A stretch of 52,889 nucleotides of DNA, taken from positions 1-52,889 of IMG/VR virus record IMGVR_UViG_3300006754_000026; one strand, written 5' to 3'. A program made the position numbers and the translations under genes. The notes beneath the pieces are model-generated. The model had not been told where the DNA came from. It ran no database searches and was given only the letters and a program-made list of their open reading frames with translations. How positions within the stretch are numbered: position 1 is the first letter of the stretch; the number at the start of each line of letters is the position of its first letter. This document shows positions 1 to 7,348 of this stretch, piece by piece. The DNA is from a virus (lineage: Duplodnaviria; Caudoviricetes).

Positions 1-140
1 AAAAAGACCCCTACCCAAAATCCAATACACATAGGACATGTCCAAAAATATCCTTCTGGGCGGATTTTTCCAAAAATCTTACCATAACAAAGTAACTGCG
101 TTAAACCGTAAGCACTTAAAATAAAATAGAAAAGATCCAT
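1..140 (-). CDS. Small membrane protein with CxxCxGFW motif (DUF1360-like), 3' end outside window
   Basis: Not in the ORF track. Manual translation from ATG at 140: MDLFYFILSAYGLTQLLCYGKIFGKIRPEGYFWTCPMCIGFWVGVF..., open to the window edge. The start abuts the TAG of the upstream gene. Confidence 0.7.
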   Translation of the reverse strand, partial: MDLFYFILSAYGLTQLLCYGKIFGKIRPEGYFWTCPMCIGFWVGVF

Positions 141-395
141 CTATTCCTCGCCGGGGAAAAAATCTACTACCAATTGATGACCATCTCTCTCGGATGCATC
201 TGGGTCTTCTATTAGCTGGATTAACTCATAAATCAAATCCAAAGTATCTTGGGTACCCAGTGGCGTGTTGTCTAGGATCGCGGTTTTGGCTTTATCTTGC
301 GTAGTATCGGAAGCTCGTTCAAAACCCTCATCCTCTCCCAAGTGAGACACCTCTTCTTGAATAAGTTTTTTTAAATATGCTTTTGATATCTTCAT
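141..395 (-). CDS. Hypothetical acidic protein with basic amphipathic N-terminus (possible head-associated protein)
   Basis: 84-aa ORF with AAGGA upstream; begins MKISKAYLKKLIQEE; lies in the portal operon. Confidence 0.65.
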   Translation of the reverse strand: MKISKAYLKKLIQEEVSHLGEDEGFERASDTTQDKAKTAILDNTPLGTQDTLDLIYELIQLIEDPDASERDGHQLVVDFFPGEE

Positions 396-399
396 TTAC

Positions 400-945
400 T
401 TATTCCTTTTTTAAATTTTCAAGCATATAACTCATCCAATACGGAGCATAGTTATAACCGGGGCGGATAGTCCCTTTTTGGGCGACTTGAGGGACTTCAC
501 CAAGCTCAGTTGAATCTCTATCGGTAGGTTCCGTCAAATAATCATCCATCATTTGCTCATAGTCTTTAATATAATCCATATAGGGTTTTTCTTGAGTTAT
601 AAATTCGGAAATTCCATACAAGACATAACTTAAAGTATCATAATCTTTGTCTTGAGATTCGGCAATCATGGCCTCGATAGATCCAAAAATATTACCACCT
701 CGAATCGAATCTAAAACCACCAATCCCTTTTGTCTTAAAAATTCAAATAAACGATTTTGGGAATCGTAAAGAGCCTCGGATGCTTTTTCTTTGGGGAAAG
801 TTAAGATTTTCTTTTCTTTCAACAACAAGGCAATATCCATATCGTCATGGTCATATATTAAAATATTACCATCTAAAGTTCGGCGGGCTTCTAGGTGAAG
901 GGTTACTTCTTCTTTTTTTCTTCCAACTTTGATAGTAATAGGCAT
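400..945 (-). CDS. Hypothetical phage protein (head module)
   Basis: 181-aa ORF with TAATG coupling at 943-947. Confidence 0.75.
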   Translation of the reverse strand: MPITIKVGRKKEEVTLHLEARRTLDGNILIYDHDDMDIALLLKEKKILTFPKEKASEALYDSQNRLFEFLRQKGLVVLDSIRGGNIFGSIEAMIAESQDKDYDTLSYVLYGISEFITQEKPYMDYIKDYEQMMDDYLTEPTDRDSTELGEVPQVAQKGTIRPGYNYAPYWMSYMLENLKKE

Positions 946-1766
946 TAGCGTTTAATTTCCCTTACCAAATTTTGAATTTTTAAAATATCCTGAATAAATA
1001 ATGCATCCACGGGTCGTTGAGACGTGTTATTTAAAATATCCAGTACAGCAGTCGTTTTTTCCAACATGGTGGCATCATTTTTAATTTCTTCTATTTGGAG
1101 GGCTTCTTGAATATTGCCTTTTAATCGCGTGATTTCTTCATTTAAAAATACACGCATTTCCACTCCGTTGTCCGAAAAAGAGGAAATATATTTATTAAGA
1201 AGAGTTTTTTGTTCACTGACAAGATCTTTATTATATTTGTGATTGAAAGTTTTAATAAAAGTTTTTAATGTGAGGTTATTGATAGATTTCAAAAGAGGTT
1301 TTTGTTCATCACTGGAAATAATCATTTGATTAGCTATCTGCTTCTCTAAAAGTACGCGTTGTTTGGTTTTGGTACCCGGATTAAATATTTGATATACCGT
1401 GGCTACATTACGATAATTGGGTATAAACATCGTGAAAGCATCTTTAGAGACATATTTATTAATCTTATTTATAAGAGCAGTTTGTTCTTGGAATAAAGCT
1501 TGCCGATTAATGGTGCAGCGTTGCATGCGGCATTCAAAAATAAGTTTTTCGGCTGTATCTTTTTCAATGTTTTTGGTATCTAATAAAGTTTTGTAAAGCT
1601 CTAAATCTCGGGCCAGTGCCGTGTTACTTTTAAAATTTTCTTTGATAAGAGTTATGATAATTTGCTTTTTCTTGCCATTTTTATCAACAATCGCTTTGGT
1701 CAGCTCTCTGATCAACACTTCAAAAATGAAAGCCGTATTACGTTTTTTATTATGCTTCATTTTCAT
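945..1766 (-). CDS. Hypothetical helical phage protein downstream of portal
   Basis: 273-aa ORF overlapping the portal stop; GGAG upstream. Confidence 0.75.
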   Translation of the reverse strand: MKMKHNKKRNTAFIFEVLIRELTKAIVDKNGKKKQIIITLIKENFKSNTALARDLELYKTLLDTKNIEKDTAEKLIFECRMQRCTINRQALFQEQTALINKINKYVSKDAFTMFIPNYRNVATVYQIFNPGTKTKQRVLLEKQIANQMIISSDEQKPLLKSINNLTLKTFIKTFNHKYNKDLVSEQKTLLNKYISSFSDNGVEMRVFLNEEITRLKGNIQEALQIEEIKNDATMLEKTTAVLDILNNTSQRPVDALFIQDILKIQNLVREIKR

Positions 1767-3750
1767 TTGTTTTAATCTCCAAGTTACTTAAATCGGCTAT
1801 TAATTTTTTTACTTCATTATTAGATTCAAACAATAGCTGCTCTTCCTGGTTATAAGTAGATTCTTTATTTTCATAAATCCCTTTTCCTAGACTCTTGAGA
1901 CCGGGAGAACCAGGGTTCCATGTTTTTGGTTGGGGGTATCCTTTTGCTACATAATTTTGTGGGCGCCCGTTTCGGCCGTCGCCCTCTCTATATTTAACGG
2001 AAGTGTAGCGATGTCCCTTAGATTGGGGCTCGGTTGACTTTCTAGTTATTTTCTTGCCAGTTTGGGTATCTCGTTTGGCTGGCGGGGTTGCCAAAAGGGC
2101 GCCCGAATCTTCTTCTCCTCCAAGGTCTCCTCCAAGGTCTCCTCCAAGGTCTCCTCCAAGGTCTCCTCCAAGGTCTCCCCCAAGGTCTCCCCCAAGGTCT
2201 CCTCCAAGGTCTCCTCCAAGGTCTCCTCCCAGATCACCCCCAAGATCACCGCCAAGATCACCTCCTCCTGCGCCTGCTGTTGCTTCGGCTTCGGCCATAG
2301 ATTCGGCTGCAGCATTCACCTGCGCTTCATATTTACGATCAAAGAATATTTCTCGCTGGTTGCGTAAAAATTCTTCTTCCGACAAACCAAAAATATGCTC
2401 GGAAACCCACCGCCTGGAAAAATAATTTTCAGTTGCACCGCCGGCTATTTCAAATTTAGCCTTCCAGTGTTCCATTTCTTGGAGTTCCGCAATTTTAGAA
2501 GGATTATTTAATGTAAGTCGGAAACTTACTAAATCATCGCCGCGAAAGCCCAATGTATATAAATGTACAATCCCTATTTTTTCTAACTCAGAAATGATAG
2601 CGCGCTGCAAACGTTGCACCGTTCGAGAAAAACGAACATCTTTTTGGGCCAATGTTGTTTGATCTTCGGAGGATTCCCGATCGGCCGATAAATAAGCCGG
2701 AGGGATTTTGATAGCTGCAAAAAGTTTATCGCGTAAATACTTTACATCATCAATATCCCCAGTAAAAGCGCCTCCTTGTAGTTGTTCGATTTTAGATGAT
2801 TCCCCTCCCCGGATGGGTACAAAAAAGTCTTCTTCGACTGATAGGGGGTTATATCGTAAATCCACGCGGCCGGTCTTCGCATCTACAACTTGATTTCTTT
2901 TCATAGCTGTAATAGTTTTTTGAATATATTGCTCAACGTCTTGAGGCGCGATATTACCCACATCCATATAAAAGACGCGTCTTTCGGCGGAACGAACAAT
3001 ACGATAGGCCATCATTGCATCCTCCATAAGAACTAATTGGCGCCAAATGCGGCGGCCGCCCTCCAGAACAGAAGTCCCATAGGGGGCATATTTGTCATTA
3101 CCTAAAATCCTAAAATGTGCCACTTGCCAGTTTTCGAAAGTCATTCCGGCCGAGTTCCACTGATATTGGATGTATTGGGGGTTCGTGGGGTCTTCCCCCT
3201 CAAGCCGCTCCACTTCTTTGAGCGGCAAAGCAATAGTGCTTTTAACTCCTAATCTTTCATCGATATCTAAATAAAGAATAAAATCTCCAAATTTGCACAT
3301 AGATCGACACCACCCAAACAAATTATGTTCAATATTTAAAACATTATTATATAACGAATGTAAAACAGCCCGGATTTCTTCATTCGGACATTTAATGTGC
3401 AACATAGGCTCTAACGATGAGTGGGTGGTCATTTCATCGGCATATATATCCAGACCAGACGCTAATTCTGGCATATATTCCATTTGCTCATAATCCGTAT
3501 ATCTTTCGGCCCTATTTTGTTGAGCCATAATTTTAGAATGCATGACATCGAACGGACTATATTCCGATTTTCGAAATTGTTGTCCCGAAGCCGATCTAAA
3601 TTCAGTGGCAAACCTATCTAATGAAGTTCGTCGTATTTTACGATTTTGCTGCGTGCGCCAATTAGTGATGGGCCCAGAAAAGAGGCGAGTCAATCGCCTG
3701 AAAAGTTCCGATTGGGCATTCGCGGGATTATTTTTTGATGAGTCAGCCAT
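1750..3750 (-). CDS. Portal (vertex) protein, T4 gp20-like
   Basis: T4-type portal motifs (LMEDAMMAYRIVRSAERRVFYMDVGN, EEDFFVP, DVKYLRDKLFAAIKIP, DVRFSRTVQRLQ); adjacent to terminase. Start taken as ATG 3750 (MADSS), 2 nt after the terminase stop. Confidence 0.92.
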   Translation of the reverse strand: MADSSKNNPANAQSELFRRLTRLFSGPITNWRTQQNRKIRRTSLDRFATEFRSASGQQFRKSEYSPFDVMHSKIMAQQNRAERYTDYEQMEYMPELASGLDIYADEMTTHSSLEPMLHIKCPNEEIRAVLHSLYNNVLNIEHNLFGWCRSMCKFGDFILYLDIDERLGVKSTIALPLKEVERLEGEDPTNPQYIQYQWNSAGMTFENWQVAHFRILGNDKYAPYGTSVLEGGRRIWRQLVLMEDAMMAYRIVRSAERRVFYMDVGNIAPQDVEQYIQKTITAMKRNQVVDAKTGRVDLRYNPLSVEEDFFVPIRGGESSKIEQLQGGAFTGDIDDVKYLRDKLFAAIKIPPAYLSADRESSEDQTTLAQKDVRFSRTVQRLQRAIISELEKIGIVHLYTLGFRGDDLVSFRLTLNNPSKIAELQEMEHWKAKFEIAGGATENYFSRRWVSEHIFGLSEEEFLRNQREIFFDRKYEAQVNAAAESMAEAEATAGAGGGDLGGDLGGDLGGDLGGDLGGDLGGDLGGDLGGDLGGDLGGDLGGDLGGEEDSGALLATPPAKRDTQTGKKITRKSTEPQSKGHRYTSVKYREGDGRNGRPQNYVAKGYPQPKTWNPGSPGLKSLGKGIYENKESTYNQEEQLLFESNNEVKKLIADLSNLEIKTNENEA
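2114..2269. repeat. 12-bp tandem repeat (consensus CCTCCAAGGTCT), 12 copies, encoding (GGDL)12 in the portal C-terminal tail
   Basis: Direct count: nine near-identical AGG-type units (2123-2219) and three degenerate AGA-type units (2231-2255). Confidence 0.97.
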
Positions 3751-3752
3751 TG

Positions 3753-5342
3753 TTATCCTTTTATTAACCAAGCATATTGTTTGTAATCTTCTTGGGCTTT
3801 AAATAATTTTTCATCTAAAGCCTCTTTGCGATTATAACCTTGCATTCCTGGCATTGTTGTATTTAGTTTGGTATTTACAGTTATCATGGAATCCAAGCAC
3901 GCCTTTTTATATTCTATATCGCGTTTATTGACAGTCAGAGCCGTGTCTCTTATCCAACATCCTATTGCGAGGGCCATGATTAAATCATCATTATATCCTC
4001 GCATAGCTTGGGGCTTCCCGTTGTGCCAAATAAAAGTTTTAAACTCGTTAATCGTTCGTAATGAATATATAGTAATTAGTTTATTTCTGATAAACTCTTC
4101 TAATTTTGCTACAATTAGGGGGCGTGTTTTGAGAGAAGTAGTAAACCCCGGTACGGCATTGGGATCTCTTTCTCCTCGGTGGCTATCTACAAATTCGTGT
4201 GTACCTTTGATAGAATAATAGATATTAGGATATTCTAATTCAGTTAATTTTTCGAGAATGGAAATCCCAATTCCTACATTTTCCACAACCAGTAAGCACC
4301 CCCCATATTCCTTGCCAGTTTGAAATAAAATATTAGCATACATATCCAAGCTAGGTTTCCCCTGGTATTCAGCTACTATTTCCATGGTGTCTAACTTTAT
4401 AATATGGAAGACCGAATAATCGGCGCCGTCGCCTCGGGCCACATCAGCCACCAAAAGATAGGAGCAATCTGCTTTATATTCTTCCCATATCCACATGTTG
4501 CGATCAAAAGATGTTCTATGTTTGGGTTCTTGAATATTAGAATATAATCTCTGTATATCATCGGGGTGGATTACTGTTTCGCCAGATGTATTAAAGTTGC
4601 ATTCCAACTCTTGGGCTATTTCCCGCCGTGACATATTCCTGGTTTCTTTCTCAAACCACGCCATATCTCTATTAGGATGAGCATCCCACAAAAGTTTAAT
4701 AGGATGGAAATCATTAGCGCCTTCTTCGGATTCGGCATAAGTTTTGTGAAACCAGTTACCAACCCCATTGGGGGTAGATAACGCGATGACGCGTCCACCC
4801 GTGGAAATGGTAGGATATAATCCGGCCCACAAATCATTTAAATTATCAATATGAGCGGCCTCGTCGATTACTAATAAAGACAAAGCCTCCGACCGGCCGG
4901 CGTCACCGGAAGTCGAGGCAGCTTGGATTTGAGAGCCATTAGATAATTCAAAAGAAGCGCGATTATCAATAGCAATATCCGCTATTAACAGCCAGTCAGG
5001 AATATTTTTAAGAATAGCTTTAACTTTTTTTACAAGATTGGAGGCCGTTTTAAATTTGGTGGCCATCACAAGAATATTTTTATCACGATGGAATACCATC
5101 ATCCATACAATGTAGGCTGCTGCAATCGTGGATATCCCCAATTGGCGCGCCTTTAAGATAACCGTGAAACGATAATCATTAAAATCGTTCAAAAGATCAC
5201 TTTGATAAGGATAAGTTTTAAACGGAATCAGCCCCTCAACTGGATGTGAGATCCGGGCATAATTATTGATAAAATAATTAGGATCTTTTCCACATTTGAG
5301 AATCTCCGTAACGATCTCTTTTTTGGAAAGAGTATAAGTCAT
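3753..5342 (-). CDS. terL: Terminase large subunit, T4 gp17-like
   Basis: Q motif (YPYQ), Walker A-like KARQLGIST, Walker B LLVIDE, coupling motif STPNG, RNase H-fold nuclease residues (VADVARG, DDLIMAL). Confidence 0.95.
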   Translation of the reverse strand: MTYTLSKKEIVTEILKCGKDPNYFINNYARISHPVEGLIPFKTYPYQSDLLNDFNDYRFTVILKARQLGISTIAAAYIVWMMVFHRDKNILVMATKFKTASNLVKKVKAILKNIPDWLLIADIAIDNRASFELSNGSQIQAASTSGDAGRSEALSLLVIDEAAHIDNLNDLWAGLYPTISTGGRVIALSTPNGVGNWFHKTYAESEEGANDFHPIKLLWDAHPNRDMAWFEKETRNMSRREIAQELECNFNTSGETVIHPDDIQRLYSNIQEPKHRTSFDRNMWIWEEYKADCSYLLVADVARGDGADYSVFHIIKLDTMEIVAEYQGKPSLDMYANILFQTGKEYGGCLLVVENVGIGISILEKLTELEYPNIYYSIKGTHEFVDSHRGERDPNAVPGFTTSLKTRPLIVAKLEEFIRNKLITIYSLRTINEFKTFIWHNGKPQAMRGYNDDLIMALAIGCWIRDTALTVNKRDIEYKKACLDSMITVNTKLNTTMPGMQGYNRKEALDEKLFKAQEDYKQYAWLIKG

Positions 5343-5890
5343 TATTTTTCTTCAGTATCACTAAATCCACCTTCTGTGAGAAATTTATAATAATTAACAG
5401 CAAGTGGATCTGTTACACTCTCTCCCAAAGTTCGCGGGAGATCATCTAAAGTATCTACACCTTTGAGACCCCCAATTTTAAAAAGCTTATGGGCCATTAC
5501 GAAAGTTCGAACACGGGATGTATTTTGAACTATACAAGTGGCCTCTCCTACCCCCGTCAATGACACACGTTTGCCAGTTAAATTTTTATATTCTTTTTTT
5601 AAAAAATCACCAATGGCTTCCAACCTACGGTCACATTCTTCTTCAAAACCCTTAGCGTATACATCTTTAAGGCGCACATCTCCTTGATAATTGATTTGAA
5701 GCATATTACCAATAAATTTAACACCAAAGCCGTCGATAACACGACTGTCTACAATGGGGCAACCCTCCTCTCTAGAGAGACCTATTTGTTTAGTTTTGTT
5801 ATCGGGCACAAAACGTGCATCGTGGGCGCCATCGTATGCATTCGCAGCCGCCTGAGCAATCCCTTGTATAATTTCTAATGTTGTCGCCAT
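5342..5890 (-). CDS. Hypothetical phage protein
   Basis: Start placed at ATG 5890 (MATTLEII) because AAGGAGA precedes it; TAATG coupling to terL. Confidence 0.75.
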   Translation of the reverse strand: MATTLEIIQGIAQAAANAYDGAHDARFVPDNKTKQIGLSREEGCPIVDSRVIDGFGVKFIGNMLQINYQGDVRLKDVYAKGFEEECDRRLEAIGDFLKKEYKNLTGKRVSLTGVGEATCIVQNTSRVRTFVMAHKLFKIGGLKGVDTLDDLPRTLGESVTDPLAVNYYKFLTEGGFSDTEEK

Positions 5891-5904
5891 TATTTGCGTC
5901 TCCT

Positions 5905-6288
5905 TTATTTTTCCTTCTGTGGGCGCCAGCCCGTTTTCCATCTGTCTTCGCGATTTTCAACCCATTGAATATAGCATTTAAAACAACAATCAAATTTGTT
6001 CATATAAATATTGTCTCGTATTTCAAAAGAATAAATATTACAAATAGGACAATTCCGATTATTATCTCTATTAAGTAGTTTTTTAGATACTAAAAAGCCA
6101 TCAACTTCTACTTTATCCAGCGTCTCATCTTGTGCCCCTTCTTTATGATAGAGTTCCTGCAACTGTTTTTGATAATCGGCTTCCTTATCTTCAGACCAGT
6201 CCTTCTGTGGATTTTGAATGGCTTCTTCCCCATATTTTTGGGAAATAGCCTTTTCATATTGAGCTAATTTATTCCACTTATCGCTCAT
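5905..6288 (-). CDS. Hypothetical protein with Cys cluster (CPIC...CCFKC), possible zinc finger
   Basis: 127-aa ORF with ATGA overlap to the upstream gene. Confidence 0.7.
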   Translation of the reverse strand: MSDKWNKLAQYEKAISQKYGEEAIQNPQKDWSEDKEADYQKQLQELYHKEGAQDETLDKVEVDGFLVSKKLLNRDNNRNCPICNIYSFEIRDNIYMNKFDCCFKCYIQWVENREDRWKTGWRPQKEK

Positions 6289-6725
6289 TTGCCATCCACC
6301 GCATATACGATTGCCACAGCAGTTAGAACTCCCGCTACAAACCCACCTGCGATTATTAATCCGGTTCCGACCTTGCTTGGTTTTTTAGCAATGATTTTTC
6401 TTAGATCCTCCACTTGAGCGTCATAGATAGCCAAGGAAGCCTCGTAGTGTTCTTTCTGAAACCGGATCGTGATGTTGAGTTGTTCGACCTGAAAATCGTA
6501 TTCTTCTTTCTGAACTGCCAAGCGATAGGCCATTTCCAACTCATAATCTTCTTTGAGAAATTCGTGATCCGACAACATTTTCGCTGTGGCTTCAGGATCA
6601 AAGAGCGTGCCAGTAAATGGCACCTCATTTCCCTCTTGAACGAATGTAAATTTCCCATCTGCTGCATATGCACCGCTCGTGAAGAGAATAAAAATTAAGA
6701 ATGTTTTGATAAAATTATTCCACAT
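6285..6725 (-). CDS. Exported coiled-coil protein with signal peptide and C-terminal Gly-rich transmembrane helix (spanin-like candidate)
   Basis: Hydrophobic N-terminus ending AYA|A, no Cys, coiled-coil middle, C-terminal VGTGLIIAGGFVAGVLTAVAIVYAV. Confidence 0.55.
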   Translation of the reverse strand: MWNNFIKTFLIFILFTSGAYAADGKFTFVQEGNEVPFTGTLFDPEATAKMLSDHEFLKEDYELEMAYRLAVQKEEYDFQVEQLNITIRFQKEHYEASLAIYDAQVEDLRKIIAKKPSKVGTGLIIAGGFVAGVLTAVAIVYAVDGK

Positions 6726-7116
6726 ATTCTAATCCGAATGTTTCAGAAATTTTATCAGCTAAGACCTGGGGTTGTTTTTCGAAGTCGCGAAGATGGCTTG
6801 CTGCTCGTTCTTGCCGAGCTTCTTCTAAATCTTCGCGAGTATCATTATAATCTTCTTTGAGTTGATTTAACATTTCTTCGTAATTTTTCAATGTGTTGTC
6901 GCGTAATGCCAACTCTTCAGCGTAAAGAGCTTTCATAGCTGCTATTTCACTTTCATAAGAATCCACGGCCACGTCAAAACTATCTTTAAGCGCCGAGTAA
7001 TTATTCCGCGATAAGAACACAAACCCCAACAAGCCGACCAGGGCAATAGTTTGCCAATACTTTGCCAAAAATTTGCCGATTCCGCCTATGAGGTCACCAA
7101 AATTAATGTTAATCAC
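6715..7116 (-). CDS. N-terminal transmembrane plus coiled-coil protein (i-spanin/Rz-like)
   Basis: TM segment YWQTIALVGLLGFVFL followed by a heptad-rich helix; GTGA overlap with the holin-like gene. Confidence 0.55.
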   Translation of the reverse strand: MININFGDLIGGIGKFLAKYWQTIALVGLLGFVFLSRNNYSALKDSFDVAVDSYESEIAAMKALYAEELALRDNTLKNYEEMLNQLKEDYNDTREDLEEARQERAASHLRDFEKQPQVLADKISETFGLEYVE

Positions 7117-7316
7117 ATTCCCCCCTTGAGTTTCACAATTGCGTCAATTACGGATTGACCACCGATATATAATGCGCTTAAAATTAACCAATCTCCGCTA
7201 TCGATATGAGCCGTGAACATTAAAGCTGTTGCCATACTCCATACCAATAGTTTTCGTGAAACCATTTTTTCTAATACGCGGTCCAAAAGACCTTTTGCTA
7301 CTTGTGTCATTGTCAT
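7113..7316 (-). CDS. Putative holin (two hydrophobic segments)
   Basis: 67 aa; SRKLLVW followed by two TM-like segments and a basic C-terminus; AAGGAG RBS; first gene of a membrane-protein cluster. Confidence 0.55.
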   Translation of the reverse strand: MTMTQVAKGLLDRVLEKMVSRKLLVWSMATALMFTAHIDSGDWLILSALYIGGQSVIDAIVKLKGGM

Positions 7317-7332
7317 GTATTCTCCTTTAGCC

Positions 7333-7344
7333 TATATAATTAGT
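7333..7344 (-). promoter_or_regulatory. Candidate phage late promoter (ACTAATTATATA)
   Basis: Intergenic, just upstream of the holin RBS; the ACTA(N)TTAT core recurs at 15243 and 21833. Confidence 0.5.
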
Positions 7345-7348
7345 TTCT

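Noticed and set aside
2114-2269. Possible CRISPR array
   Set aside because: Head-to-tail 12-mers with no spacers, in frame within a CDS
2046-2425. Overlapping ORFs with (SPPR)n, (SSKV)n, (LLQG)n and (EETL)n repeats
   Set aside because: Shadow frames of the stop-free 12-bp repeat inside the portal gene
3753-5342. Intein or homing endonuclease in terminase
   Set aside because: Normal length with contiguous motifs; no splicing or endonuclease signatures
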